A stretch of 59,375 bases of DNA, filler included, from Squatina squatina (taxonomy: Eukaryota), in the NCBI GenBank assembly GCA_031763465.1. It is 4 parts of 4 records of this genome, joined end to end, with 100 filler letters (N's around TTAATTAATTAA, not from the genome) between each part and the next. Parts side by side here need not be neighbours in the genome. Positions count along the whole stretch, not along the records: positions 16,648 to 30,718 come from JARFOE010000058.1; positions 30,819 to 43,892 come from JARFOE010000234.1; 2 more parts are not named here. One strand, 5' to 3'. A model generated the notes under the pieces. It searched no databases, was not told where the DNA came from, and saw only the letters and a list, made by a program, of their open reading frames with translations. The position numbers were made by a program, and so were the translations under genes. Below are positions 24,053-38,920 of this stretch, in pieces. Each line of letters opens with the position of its first letter. Positions within the stretch are counted from its first letter, which is position 1.

Positions 24053-27000
24053 GTACGTTGAAGGCTCAGCATATCGTTGATTTTTATTTTCTGAAATATA
24101 GAACAACTAGATTTTAGGTGGAGCTCTGGCGCCTTAAAAAGGGGACTCTGACAAACATGAGCATTAAGACTTAGCATACTATAGACGACTTCAATTCTGG
24201 TGCATATGAGGTTAAAACCCAACAGAACATGTCCTAGTTTATTTTTGATACAACAGTGGGTCTTTTGTCTTAGCCAGGTGTCCAAGGGGTTGGTTAAACC
24301 ATTCAGTTTAAACATCTTGTGGGACTTGTTTAAATTGGTGTTTGACAGCCTATATTTGAATTTAACAGACAATTAATTTGTTTGGCTCTGGTCAATTTCT
24401 CCGCCTAATTGGTTCAAAGCAGCAAGTTTGTCTGAAGCCTTTGGAGAGTGAAAATCAAGCCAAATAGCTTCCTGGGCAGTGAGAAAAGGTAAAGAATTGC
24501 CATGTAAGAATAGCAATTGTGACTTTATTTTCTAGTTTTTAGCAGAGATGGTTAAATCTAGTAAGTGCTGTAAAATTTCTGTTGTATTATTACTACTGTT
24601 CAATTATTCCATTGCTATTTAATTTTGTTTGGTAGTTGAAGCTTAAGTTACAGTTTAGTGTAGTAGTGTTCTACTGCCTTCCTAGGTCAAAGAAGATTAA
24701 TTGAGAGCAAATGATAAAACCAGTAAGCCAAAGGTTCTCTGTTTGATCCCGCAGTAAACTACAAACTTACAATGCTATTGAGGCAAGTGAAAGCATTCTC
24801 TGGGACATAAGTGAAGGTTCATCCTGTGGGAGTGGCTGATACTGAAACCAAAGAAATATCTAGAGTAAAATAAAATTTAAAACAAAAACCCACAATGTAA
24901 CTGGGACTATTGCATTTCAGGATTTTTGAATTTTTTTCCCACAGACAGGATTTAGTTATTAGTTGGCTTTCAGTGTTGTACTTTGCAACAGAGTGAATTC
25001 GCACAGGTTTAAAAAGCAACAGGTTGCAGAGACAGAGGGGCTTTTGAGGTGTTAATGAGTCAAACATTAAGCAATTTTCTATCTTATCTCAGATGGCCTA
25101 ACAAACATCCACTCCTATTATTGTGGGGTAATTCTGTTCATATGATCCCAGCACGAAAATATGCACTTGAGAAAGGGATATATTTAATAGGCTAGATCAA
25201 GTAAAGCTGAAATAATGCTATTAAATTTCTCGGGCAGCAGAATAAGAGGGCACAGGTTTAGGATACGAAAGGCAACTGTATGACAGCAATGTTGCAGTGG
25301 CCTAGATTATTATATAATTTGTGGTAGGCACAATGTTCAATGTATCAATACAAAGTCTTGTACAAGACTGNNNNNNNNNNNNNNNNNNNNNNNNNNNNNN
25401 NNNNNNNNNNNNNNNNNNNNNNNNNNNNNNNNNNNNNNNNNNNNNNNNNNNNNNNNNNNNNNNNNNNNNNAGTCATTGAGTACATTCAAAACAGAGATTG
25501 ATAGATTTCTAGATATTAAAGGCATCAAGGGATATGGGGATAGTGCATGAAAATGGCTTTGAGGTAGATCATTTTATTATGGCAAAGGAAATAGGGACCC
25601 ATCTTTAATTTGCATCTCACAGTGGTAACTCAGTAACACTGTTAGACTTTCGCTATACTGTTTCATCCTCCCGGCCTCAGCCTGTTTTAACATAAGGTAG
25701 ATTTGGTGCCATATTTGAAGTTTATTGAAAGGTCAATAATTTGCAATTGTAATCGTGGAGGTGAATAGAGATTGTCAGAAGTAATTTTGCTTGTGAAAAT
25801 AAACATTATCGATCACTATGCGGAAATCTTTGTTCTATTTCTCCAGAATGCATCAGAAAACAGATATTGTAGATGTGAAGGGCAGTGATAGAGGATAGTG
25901 GTTCAGAGCAGGGGCAGTCAATATCTTGTAAGTAACTATCATACTTCATATTTGAAACAAACACAAGAGTGTTCTTCCCTCATATAGTTTGCGTATGTTA
26001 TGAAGCATTTATGGAATACTTCAAAAGAAATGCCACATCTAAAAATTATGGGTTGTTTCTGTATTGGCAGATTTTGGATTTCTTAGTTTCTTGACAGCGC
26101 AGGAGTATGGTTACCTTTATTTTTGCAAGAAATGTTTCTTGGTGCTAACGAGAACCCTTAAATACTGTGAGGTATAATCTGGGCAGAATAGCTTGAGAAG
26201 CACAAAGCATCTCTAGGGAACTAATTTCAGGGAACCAACACTGGTAGACCGCAAGACTCTGACAGAGAATAATGAGATACACGATTAGCTGTGACACATT
26301 AGACAGAGGTAGCACAGAGCTTTGTCTGGTTTCCAATCATCGCTGTCAGAAATAGGACACCATGTTTTAAAGGAACAGTGTTCGCTGCAGGTGATATCGC
26401 AGGAAATTGCTTAATGGGACTGATCGTTCTAAATACACACAGTCAATATGGTAACTTACATTTGTACACCTTGTATATAATTCTTGCATTGCAAGTAGCA
26501 CAAGCCTCTCATAGTGGANNNNNNNNNNNNNNNNNNNNNNNNNNNNNNNNNNNNNNNNNNNNNNNNNNNNNNNNNGGTTCTGAACTTTGAAAATCTGGTC
26601 ACCCTCGTCACAAGGCGCTGGAGCTGGAGCAGGGTCAGGGTCGCTATGGCGATGTGGTAGTCGTCGCAGGGGTGGTGGGAGGGTGGGAAGGCCCCGTGTG
26701 TGCGTGTTGTGCGTTTCCAGCTCCCGGAGACGGGGTCAGTGGGCGGGCAGTGACTTGGCAAGGCCCCGGCGTGATCCACAGAACCCCCCCCCCACCCTCC
26801 CCCGAAGCCATCCACACGCCAAGGGTGCGGTAGTCCTGAGTCCCATCAAGGGCCACCCTACCCCCCGCGCCCCGCCTCCCCCACCAGGGCAAACCCAGAA
26901 TCCTCACCTCGGAATGATTGGCATATCTGTGACCCCTTCGACGCTAACCTTAACAAACTGATTTGAGTACCATCTTGTTAATTTATCAACATTTATTATG

Positions 27001-27849
27001 TCTGCTGTTAATTTCAATGTCTGCACAAGTCTATATTTATGTCAGTACAGCTGACAAGTTTGTAAATAAGAGTATTCAGGGTGAGAGAAAAACATGTTAA
27101 TAATACAGTCATGAATGGGTTCTCCAAGGATTTTATGACAGAGGAGAAACTGAAATCCAAATGCTGTGATACAAAGGTAAGCTATAACAAACCGTGCAGC
27201 CTAACCCATGATCCAGCCTCCTGTTGCCATCCATCTGCTGTCCAGCTTTCTTGTCATCTGTCAGCTGATATATCTGAAATTGTCCTCAAGCTGCCTCTAG
27301 ACGCGATTATCTCAGGAGAATGCAGTAGGTCATGCTAATTTATACACTGAGAACATTCTGGCTTGAACAACTGTTACTTCCAGTGCAAGCATGAAGCATA
27401 TGTATAGTGAATTTTCTGCTGGAATATAAAAATGTTTTTTTTTTAATCTGTCTTTTTAACATTTTTTTCTGACATTACATAAGACACTATTTAAAACATA
27501 AATAAATGTAAAAATTAACCCATAGTTACAAAGTTAAACCCAACATTGAAAAAATATATTTGTAGTATATAAACAGAGTATACACACCTGAGGTGTGTAA
27601 TATCCTACATCCATCCTGCATAATGTAAGGAAATTTGCAAATTCTTCCTTATGTCAGGGATAATTATTGCATTCAATAATAAGCAAGCACTCTGTAATAA
27701 ATCACAAACAATAACACTGGATAGTAAGCACGACACTGTCCAAAATTGTCTTACTCAAATTTAAATTTAATTCAAATTAAGATAGCTGAATCCTGTAATG
27801 GTCTAGTAGGCAAAGTCATCACCTACAACAACACCTTGTATTTATATCT

Positions 27850-28177
27850 TCTTCTTAGGCAGTACCTCGGGGTCGAGGATGACTTGTTTCCACTTCGGAG
27901 TTGTGGGTTCTGAGGTGATAAAATAGTCCTATACTGGATACGCAAACTCTATCGCAGGTGGGCAGATGGTGTTTGATGAGGTGAATGGTTGGGATGCTCG
28001 GATTATCACGCACTCCTTCCGCTGTTTGTGCTTGGCCTCCAGGTGCACCCACCGGAGAAGCTCGAAGTGTTTGGCGCCTTCACGGGTGCTTCTCTTCCAG
28101 TTCGGGCAGTCTTGGGCCAGAGATTCCCATGAGTCATTTTTTCAGGGAGGCTTTAAGGACAGCCTTGAAGTATTTCC
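27850..28177 (-). mobile_element. RTE-type LINE 3' end
   Basis: Encodes a C-terminal C2H2-like remnant PTCDRVCVSSIGLFYHLRTH followed by a short tail with AAG repeats. Confidence 0.7.
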
Positions 28178-28277
28178 NNNNNNNNNNNNNNNNNNNNNNN
28201 NNNNNNNNNNNNNNNNNNNNNNNNNNNNNNNNNNNNNNNNNNNNNNNNNNNNNNNNNNNNNNNNNNNNNNNNNNNNN

Positions 28278-28777
28278 AAACCCTCGTTAGGCCACAGCTG
28301 GAATATTGCATACAGTTCTGGTCACCATATTACAGGAAAGATGTGATTGCGCTGGAGGGGGTACAGAGGAGATTGACCTGGATGTTGCCAGGACTGGAGA
28401 ATTTTAGCTATGAGGAAAGATTTGATAGGCTGTGTTTGTTTTCTTTGGAACAGAGGAGGCTGAGGGGAGACTTAATTGAGATGTATAAAATTATGAGGGC
28501 CCTAGACAGTGTCAATAACCAAGGGGCATAGATTTAAAGTCATTTGTAGAAGGATTCGAGGGGAGTTGAGGAGAGCTTTTTTCACCCAGAGGGTGAAAGG
28601 GATCTGGAATTTGCTGCCTGAAAGGGTGGTGGAAGACAAACCGTCAAATCATTAAAAAAGTACTTGGATATGCACCTGAAGTACCATAACCTACAGAGCT
28701 GGAAAGTGGGATGAGGCTGGATAGCTCTTTTTCGACCAACACAAACATGATGGGCTCAATGGCCTCGTTCAGTGCTG
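28278..28777 (+). mobile_element. CR1 LINE ORF2 C-terminus and 3' UTR
   Basis: Translates to LVRPQLEYCIQFWSPYYRKDVIALEGVQRR...LFSLEQRRLRGDLIEMYKIM. Confidence 0.9.
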
Positions 28778-29432
28778 NNNNNNNNNNNNNNNNNNNNNNN
28801 NNNNNNNNNNNNNNNNNNNNNNNNNNNNNNNNNNNNNNNNNNNNNNNNNNNNNNNNNNNNNNNNNNNNNNNNNNNNNGTTTAGGTGGAGGCTGTTTCATA
28901 TATTAATAAATTAAACAAACTCATTTATCCTACAAATCTGCTCTTTTTTTACTAATTACTTGCTTCCAATAGTTTTCTTGAATCAGTCATTACCTATCCA
29001 TTTTTGATTAGAATAGCAAATTTACCTTCAATAACATGACTGAAAGGTTATCAGATTAAAACAAACACATAAACACCCCTTTGCAAAACACAAAAAATAT
29101 ACAATTAAGTTATCGAGATCAATAGGAAAAAGATTATAAATTGCAGGAACTATTTCATCCATTATGTTCATAGTATTCCTGCATATTTATTAAGTTGGGA
29201 GAGCTGGACCTTTGAAATAATGGGTTTCTTTTCACTAAATTATGAAGAATAGATTTCATTGCAGGAGTGACTGGCGTAAGTATGATTAATGTTGCTCATT
29301 CAGTATTAATGCAAAGTTGAGGGCTGTGCAGCTGAACAAAGGCACAGCAGCTATTTTTGTCATGGCTTTCCAAAAGACAAGCATAGTGTGCACAGTGCTG
29401 ATAGTCCTCCTTTCCAAATGATGCCAGCTTAC

Positions 29433-29615
29433 CTGACGAAAACAAAACATGCCCATTTTCTAACTCATCTGTGTGAAATTGCTGCTCTATCAAGTTGCTA
29501 GGTAACAGGATGCCTTGCACACCTATCCTTGTTATTACAAAGTCAGATGAAGTCAGTAGTTTTCTAAATTGAATCAAATGGGTTGACTGTTTTTCTTTCT
29601 TACTATTGATAAAAC
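29433..29615 (-). CDS. Candidate unassigned coding exon
   Basis: Has a CCTTTCACCCTTTATCTAG acceptor and CAG|GTAAGC donor, is 183 nt, and is open in one frame (phase 1-1). The peptide is not recognised. Confidence 0.25.
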
Positions 29616-30762
29616 CTAGATAAAGGGTGAAAGGCTAATTACCATTGTGCAGGATACCCCCAAGGTAAATCAGGAAGAGATGGTCAGGTGATGTCAAGTT
29701 AATATCCTTTCATTCCCATGTATGCAGCATACTCAAGAGCTTAAATTGCAACATTCCACTCCCGGCATGCAGCTTCCTCAGATGTGAGTTTGTGTTTGAG
29801 ATGGTATCAATTCGTTAACACACTGCTCACTGCTCACATACTCACTGCTAGTGAAACTGCTCATTTTTTGCTAGGCAACAGAGTCTCAAAATTCTGGTCT
29901 TTCTATTTTCTCTGATGATGAATGAGTGAATGCTGATTGTATGTCAATAATTGTACTTACTCATTAATATTGTTTTGCAAATATGTTTGCATCTTGCACC
30001 ATCTATCACAAGTACATTTACACATGGTCACAACTATACACGATTATCATTGTTTCTTTTGAATGCATTATTTGACGCTTTTACCAGGCACTTTCCACAT
30101 TCCATCCACATTTCCCATTTGAAATTAAATGGAAAATTATGACATTAATAAAGCATATTTGAACGAGAGCATAAACTTGCACAATGTATAAATTGGCATA
30201 ACACAGCCAAACTGAAAGAAAAATTGGTCAAATCTTAGAACACTAATGTACAAACACTCAGCATGTTTGTCTAAAATTTCTCTTCTCATTTATTTGACAG
30301 AGGAGTTAACTCATTTATTTTAAATGGGCTAGTACCCTTGCTTAAATAGTGGCAAAAGGAATTTCAGATGAAGAAGTCAATTACTTATACAAAAACATTC
30401 CTTGCCATAGATTCAGGGCCAATGTTTTTTGCGACGATGGAGAGGCGGGATAGGAAAAGGCAAAAGAGGAGGAGATATTCTCTGTTGGTGTTTTATATCA
30501 CGATCCCGATTATGAATTTTTGGCCAAGCAGGCAAACAATATCTCCAGAGATTTTGTTGTCAAGGATATTAAGGTCGACATTTGCCTAGAAGTGATTTAG
30601 AAACAGATCATATAGTGAATAAATCTTTGCAGGTGCCATTGAATGTGAGAACTTGAGGGCCGAAATTGGCCTCCTTTAATGTCCCATTAGTGCCTCCGAG
30701 GGGCGCTAATGGGATGTTNNNNNNNNNNNNNNNNNNNNNNNNNNNNNNNNNNNNNNNNNNNN

Positions 30763-30774
30763 TTAATTAATTAA
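30763..30774. other. Artificial assembly linker TTAATTAATTAA
   Basis: Same 12-mer inside an N run. Confidence 0.95.
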
Positions 30775-31049
30775 NNNNNNNNNNNNNNNNNNNNNNNNNN
30801 NNNNNNNNNNNNNNNNNNCATTGAGCAAGATAAAGATAAAGTGGAGTTAGTATACTTGCTCTTGGATGAGGAAAATCGGAAGTAGAAGAGCTTGGCCAAC
30901 TGAAAATAATATAATCATAAGGTTCTGGAGGAAGAAACAAAAGAAAGAATGCAAAAGTGGTACTGTCTAATTGAATTTATATTTGTTTTCTTATCATAAA
31001 ACAGTTCTTGTATTTAAAGTCATTCTGTGATTGTCTCTTTTGGTTCTAG

Positions 31050-31403
<354 letters not shown>

Positions 31404-31447
31404 TGAAATTGCTGTTAAACTGTTTACCTTCGTATTGCATTTAACTT

Positions 31448-32390
<943 letters not shown>

Positions 32391-32934
32391 NNNNNNNNNN
32401 NNNNNNNNNNNNNNNNNNNNNNNNNNNNNNNNNNNNNNNNNNNNNNNNNNNNNNNNNNNNNNNNNNNNNNNNNNNNNNNNNNNNNNNNNNCTAATATCCT
32501 TTAGGGAAGGAATTCTGCTGCTCCTTGCACAGTCTGACCTATATATGACTTCCAGACCCACCAAGAGCACTTGACTCATAACTGCCCTCTGAAATGGCCT
32601 AGCAAGCTGCACAGTTGTATTCAAGAAAGTGGTTCACCAACACCTTCTCATGGGCAATAAATGCCAGCCTTGCCTTTGATGCCCACATCCCGTGACTAAA
32701 TTTTAAAAAAAAATATTCAACTTAACATCGGGTAGGTTTGAAAAGTATTCAATAATCCAATTTATGCATGACAACACACTGCATTTCCGCTCAATGTGGT
32801 GTCAACCTGAAGCAGTGTGAGACTACCACCTCCATAGTTTTGACAATGAATCAGGATTCATTGCCACTTTAGCACCAATGCAAAACAAGAATCACTTCAC
32901 AACAATGCTAAGCTGGAAACAAAAAGCCTTTGCG

Positions 32935-33172
32935 TACCACCTTTCACAAAGCCCCAAATTGCTTTACAGCCAATGAAGTACTTGTAGACAATGTAGACAA
33001 CAGCAAGCTCTCACAAACAGCAATGAAAGAATGAGCAGAAAGACAGCACCTCCGGCAGTGTCAGCACTCCCTCAGTTCTGTACTGGGAGTGTCAGCCCAG
33101 ATTTGTGCTCAAGTCCCCACGAACTTCCGACTCACAAGCGAGAGTGCGATACATTGAGCCGCAGCTGACACC
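32935..33172 (-). mobile_element. Internally deleted SacSINE1-like SINE
   Basis: Tail and head pieces of the SINE are present with the middle missing. Confidence 0.65.
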
Positions 33173-33325
33173 ATGACTAACGCAGCAAATGCAACTTAAA
33201 CCCCAACAGATAATGCAGTTTCTCGGTGGGTGCCCGTCGTCACCTATTTTACACAGGCCTGTGGCTGCCAATCACAGTAAACTGAGAACAAGAAGCTGAG
33301 AAGCAGGAACCCTGGACTCGGTCAC

Positions 33326-33418
33326 ACGGTGGAAGTCCCAGAAGAACCACTGTTCCCTGCTGAAGAGTTATATGGAGTAGTTGGTGATAATCTGAAAAAA
33401 AGTGTTGATGTCAAAGAG
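33326..33418 (+). CDS. MCCC2: MCCC2 exon lacking a recognisable acceptor
   Basis: Translates to [31 protein letters not shown] followed by a GTATAG donor. There is no AG at the expected 5' boundary. Confidence 0.8.
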
Positions 33419-34167
33419 GTATAGACCTAAGAGAGGTTTTCCAGTTAGCATGAAACCATGATTCACTCATNNNNNNNNNNNNNNNNNNNNNNNNNNNNNN
33501 NNNNNNNNNNNNNNNNNNNNNNNNNNNNNNNNNNNNNNNNNNNNNNNNNNNNNNNNNNNNNNNNNNNNNNATGAGCTTTGAATTTGAGTCACCTTTTTAC
33601 ATGTAAGTAGAGCCATACAAAGCAATATCACCATTCGTGGGTGTGCAAGTAGACTACAGGGCAGCATCTGAGCCAAACACAGCAGGCATGAGGTGTAATG
33701 AAGCCACATCATGAGTTTTTATTTTTTTATACACCTCAATATAAAGTTTGCATTTATATTTGATTTGAGCCATTCAATTCATATTCATTTTCAAAATATA
33801 TTTCTTTGCTTCTCAACTTTTGCAGAGGACAGCATTACAAATGACTGTGAATTTGCGACATCAACTTAGTAAATTTCTTGCGTTACAACAGCGACTGCAC
33901 TTCAAAAGCACTTCATGAGCTTTAAGGCGCTTTGAGACGTCCTGAAGTTGTGAAAGGCATATATAAATGCACGTCTTTCTTTACTTTCCTTCTAAATAGT
34001 GTTTGTTGAAAAGATACCAGTGGATATTCTCCTTACACCTGTGCTATAAATCTAAATAAGAAGCTAAATATAACTATGATTTACAATGCAATAATGTACA
34101 GAAATAATCCAGTATTTATTCTGCTCAATATATCCTTTATGTTTTTCCTCTTCCGGGATATGTTCAG

Positions 34168-34244
34168 GGTTTGCAAGGATCTTTGGATACCCAGTTGGCA
34201 TCATTGGAAACAATGGTGTCCTTTTCTCAGAATCTGCAAAGAAG
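34168..34244 (+). CDS. MCCC2: MCCC2 exon
   Basis: Translates to [26 protein letters not shown]. It is bounded by AG/GT and is 77 nt. Confidence 0.93.
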
Positions 34245-35133
34245 GTTTGTACACAGCGTCTGTGACACTACAAATATGACAAAATATATTCCATGCAAGA
34301 GAAATGGGATGCAAATAATATGGGTTTTAAATTAAAGTGTGTCTCTCACTCTATAATTGTGGGGCAGAATTTGCTGTTCCTCCGGGTGCGTGTGATGTTC
34401 GCTTGCACCTGTAGGGACCCCGCAAGTTCCGGGTCTAGGGCTGCACTGTGCATGTCCCTAAATCCAGAACTTGCGATCTGTCAAGATCTGTCTTGACAGA
34501 TCATACCATTGGACTGCAAAAGAGCTGTCCTGGGCAAAGATTTCAGCTATTTGCCCAACTGTTGCCCANNNNNNNNNNNNNNNNNNNNNNNNNNNNNNNN
34601 NNNNNNNNNNNNNNNNNNNNNNNNNNNNNNNNNNNNNNNNNNNNNNNNNNNNNNNNNNNNNNNNNNNNGGGAAAGTGGAGTTGAAATCGATGATCAGCCA
34701 TGATCTTACTGAATGGGCGAGCAGGCTCGAGGGGTGGAATGGCCTACTCCTGCTCCTAATTCTTATATTTCACACCAACACTAATTCCACTTTCCCGACA
34801 TTCTGGGCTCCTACTTGATGCTGCTGCCACTCGGGAAGGTCACAAATGATTTTCACAGTTGCTGCAATAAAAATACGGCTGTGATATTCCACTGGCCCAA
34901 TTAATATGTACCCCTCGGGATGCTGCATTTCTTGAATTCCCCCGTGTAATGAAGAATTCCCTAGCCCAATAATTGGTAAGGTGACCTACTGCAAGCCCGT
35001 TAAATGCTTTTCCCCAGGGGAAGTGTCTAGCCATTCTCAAAGTCCCTGTCAGCACAATCAAGATCATGAAATAATAACTCGCATAGGTTGGAAAAATACC
35101 ATATTTGTAATTTTTTTTTTCTTGTCATTGCAG

Positions 35134-35251
35134 ACTGTGGGATGATGGCATCATTGACCCTGTTGACACAAGGCTGGTGTTAGGTCTAAGTCTCAGTGCT
35201 GCACTTAATGCACCCACAAAGAAGACAAACTTTGGAATCTTCAGGATGTGA
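35134..35251 (+). CDS. MCCC2: MCCC2 terminal coding exon
   Basis: Translates to [38 protein letters not shown]. It has a strong polyT-CAG acceptor and AATAAA motifs downstream. Confidence 0.93.
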
Positions 35252-36149
35252 CCTAGGCATTTATTTAAAAGACACAATATTTCCCAACTTTCAGCTGTGA
35301 CAGGAGAATTGACTTAAATAAAATGCTGTAAAACTTTGTGAAATAAAATTTAAATTTCCCATACCAGTTGTTTGTTTTTTTAAAATAATAAACTTCTTTA
35401 CTAGCTGCAAAATGTGATGTGTAACTCGGATCAATAGCTATGATAAATGTAATATATACCGTGAGGCAGCTGATCTCCTCATCCAAGTTTCCAAAATGTG
35501 TTCCCACCATGTAAAGCTGTGTGTTGGAAGGGNNNNNNNNNNNNNNNNNNNNNNNNNNNNNNNNNNNNNNNNNNNNNNNNNNNNNNNNNNNNNNNNNNNN
35601 NNNNNNNNCTTCTATCAATAGCCTGGTTCTAACAGTGAAAAAGCAAGCACGCACGAGTTCTTAACTGTTCAATTTACCTGTCGTCATGATTTGTGAGATA
35701 AACATGACCAGTGGTTAAAGTGGAATTTGTTAAGCTACGTCTCCCACCCCTGTAACCTTTGTGCAGTCAACTTGTGTGATTTTGGCCTTTGCTGGTCTTA
35801 CAGTGTAGCAGCAGTTTGATTATAAGAGGATTTTATAATGACTTTGTCATACCCACATTAAAAAAAGTCAGTAGAGGTCGCATCCTATTAATACGAGTTG
35901 GTGATTATTGGTCTGCTAGATTAAATTGCAGACTGCACACACCCCCCCGCCCCCGGTAACAAACCACCTCATGAACACTGCTGCTGTTAATAGGTAGAAC
36001 CTGGAATACAACTGATGAATATTTTTTATGCTGTATTGTTAATATCGCAATGTCTTTTTGATAAAACTAGCCACCTTTTTCTAATAAAACTATAAAATTT
36101 TACTCTGAACTGTTGCTTATTTTGTACAAAGATAACAACTAAAATAACA

Positions 36150-36855
36150 ATAAAGGGCTGAAGGGACAGAAAGCAGACCGGAGCGAAGTAGGCAGTGGTA
36201 TCCCCCAGGGGTCAGTTTTTCAGAAGAACTACTCTTTTTGATGTATATTAGGACATTGGCTTGGGTATACAGGGCATAATTACAAAGTTTGCAGATGACA
36301 CAGAACTTGGAAATGAGAAGGAGAAGGATAACTTCTGAAGGACATACATAGACTGGTGAACTTGGCAGACACATGGCAGATGAAATTTAATGTAGAGAAG
36401 TGTGAAGTAATACATTTTGGTAGGGAGAATGAGGAGAGGCAATATAGACTAATGATACAATTTCAAAGGGTGCAGGAACAGAGAGACCTGTAGGTTTATG
36501 TACACAACTCTTTGAAAGTGGCAGGACAGGTTGATAGAAACATAGAAAAAAGNNNNNNNNNNNNNNNNNNNNNNNNNNNNNNNNNNNNNNNNNNNNNNNN
36601 NNNNNNNNNNNNNNNNNNNNNNNNNNNNNNNNNNNNNNNNNNNNNNNNNNNNAGGGCTGTGGAGGCTGAGACCTTGTGCATATTTAAGTCCGAGATAGAT
36701 AGATTTCTAATCAGTAAGGGAATCAAGGGATATGGGGAGAAGGCGGGAAGGTGGAATTGAGAAATGTCGGATCAGCCATGATCCAATTGAATGGCGGACC
36801 GGGCTCGATGGGCCGAATGGCCTACTCCTGCTCCTATGGTCTTATGGTCTTATGG
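36150..36855 (+). mobile_element. CR1 LINE RT fragment and, after a gap, a CR1 3' end
   Basis: Encodes IITKFADDTEL and TWQMKFNVEKCEVIHFG. The tail ends in (CTTATGGT) repeats. Confidence 0.85.
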
Positions 36856-37939
36856 AAAGCTCGGGACATGGAAGGCCTAGCCCTTCCTGTGGGCTCTGGA
36901 GTACCATTCCTGCTCCACCTGGCCCCACAAGGAAATTCAAAAACAGTTTTTTTTTTAAATTACATGTTTGGCCCTCTTTTGGCCCCAACTCCTCTTTGTG
37001 CTGGTTTGTGCTGGCAGGAAAGCCACAACAGATTCCCCACATAGGCTTGTGGTTAAAAGAGCAGTCAGTCCTCGATGACATCAGCTTAGCCCGATCTGCA
37101 TATTTATAGATGGAACCTGCCAGATTCTGGCTAGTGCCTCTTCAGAAGAGCAGATTCAAATCAGTATCTTTGGAAAGAGCATGGGACATCAGTGGAGAAG
37201 TCCCACGGACGGTTTTAACTGCCCCCTTGCCTGGTTTCCGTGGGCAGGCAAGGTTAAAACCTTTCCTTTGTTTGTGTTTCCGCTCAAGAGTGATAAATAT
37301 ATTTTCACACCTCCAACTATCACCAGGCAGTATATCTTATATATTCAGATTGCATAACTGCCCATTGGCATTTTATTCTATCTGTGGCAATAGCAGAGTG
37401 CACACGAGGCAGTGAGCAAAGTATCCATTAAAATGTGATTGTTTTTAAAAAAAACTTACAAGTAATATTTCTACCCAGACTTCTGCTGTTCCAGGATATG
37501 AAATTTGTACTTTACATTACATTGCAAAATAAAAGCACTAACTCCCTATAGATCTGCTACAGGCAAAATGAAAGTATCACAGTGTCACTGGAGTGAATAC
37601 TGTAATCCACATTCAGTATCAGAACCTACAACTGCGCATGTTTACAATCAGACTGAAAATTTTGCTCCACATATTAAATTAGTCTTTCAGGTTTTCATAA
37701 TTAATCGCTATTAAATTCTGTTAAATACTAATTAAATGCTGCAATTGAGCAGAACACTCTTGAGGCTAATTAAAATGAATCTGTATTTCATATGGCTTGC
37801 TAAAAATCACACCATTTACAATTCCAGCATTAATCAAAGGAAATGAACGTGTCGTTCTAATCTGATGGTTTAATTATCCCAATGTACGAATTGATCATAT
37901 TGGCACTCGGATTTCAAAGTGTCTGTTCCGCGATTCTGC

Positions 37940-38105
37940 TCAACCTTCGCCCCACCATTGGCGGCCGTGCCTTTAGCCACCTGGATCCTAAACTCTGGAA
38001 TTCCGTCTCTAAATCTCTTTGCCTCTCCCTCTCTCTCTCCTCCTTTAGGACTCTCCTTAAAACCAAGCTTTTAGTCACCTCTCTTAGTATCTCCCTCTCT
38101 GGCTC
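37940..38105 (+). mobile_element. L2-like LINE 3' fragment
   Basis: Translates to PTIGGRAFSHLDPKLWNS. Related copies lie at about 52520-52770 and 53752-53990. Confidence 0.65.
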
Positions 38106-38773
38106 AGTGCAAATATTTGTAGCAAAGGAAACAGACAGATTTTCCGATTCAATGTAGAGTGGAGGGATACTGGCTAAACATCAGAAGGGAGGGAAAAATT
38201 ACCTGTGTGGGGTCGCCCTGACTTATGGCTTTTCTTGTTGCTCCCTTCTACTGCTATATTTTATGAGCAAGAGAACCAATAGTGGAGACCCCAAAACAAA
38301 GGCCAGGAAAAAAAAAAGCACTGAAAGCACAGCAAGACCTGTATAAAACATATATGTCAAGTGCCACGAGTGAGAAAGAAGTTGCTATAGTTAGGATCCT
38401 TCTGCAGTATTCAGCACAATTGATCATGATATTCTCCTCCACTGTGCCCCGTGCCATTCAGATCCATGGACTGCCCTTGGTGCCATTTTTATCCATTTGA
38501 ATGCAGCCAGTGCATCACCAGGAATGACTTATTCTTCCATGCCTTGCACTGTAACCTTTGGAGTCCCCTAATGATCTATCAGCATCCCTCTTTTCCTCAA
38601 ATGCATGCTGCCCGAAGCAACACCACCCATTCAGGGGGTCAGCTTTCCTATGTACCCAGCTTTACCTCACCATNNNNNNNNNNNNNNNNNNNNNNNNNNN
38701 NNNNNNNNNNNNNNNNNNNNNNNNNNNNNNNNNNNNNNNNNNNNNNNNNNNNNNNNNNNNNNNNNNNNNNNNN

Positions 38774-38920
38774 TGCAATGCACCATGGAAACCTGAGACA
38801 TGCAATACACCATTGGAACATAAGACGTGCAATGCACCATTGGAACCTGAAACATGCAATGCACCATAGAAACCTGAGACATGCAATGCACCATGGAAAC
38901 CTGAGACATGCAATACAACA
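38774..38920. repeat. 27-bp minisatellite (TGCAATGCACCATGGAAACCTGAGACA)
   Basis: About 5.5 copies adjoin a gap. Confidence 0.9.

Noticed and set aside
25847-25927. 81-nt exon-like unit (CTCCAG...GTAAGT)
   Set aside because: All three frames contain stops, so it cannot be supported without transcripts.
29265-29275. 11-nt micro-exon candidate (TTGCAG|GAGTGACTGGC|GTAAGT)
   Set aside because: Too short to distinguish from chance, and it is not frame-preserving.
38774-38920. Possible CRISPR array or repeat protein (MHHGNLRHA)n
   Set aside because: The 27-bp units are contiguous with no unique spacers and no cas genes. The ORFs are open only because the unit length is a multiple of 3.
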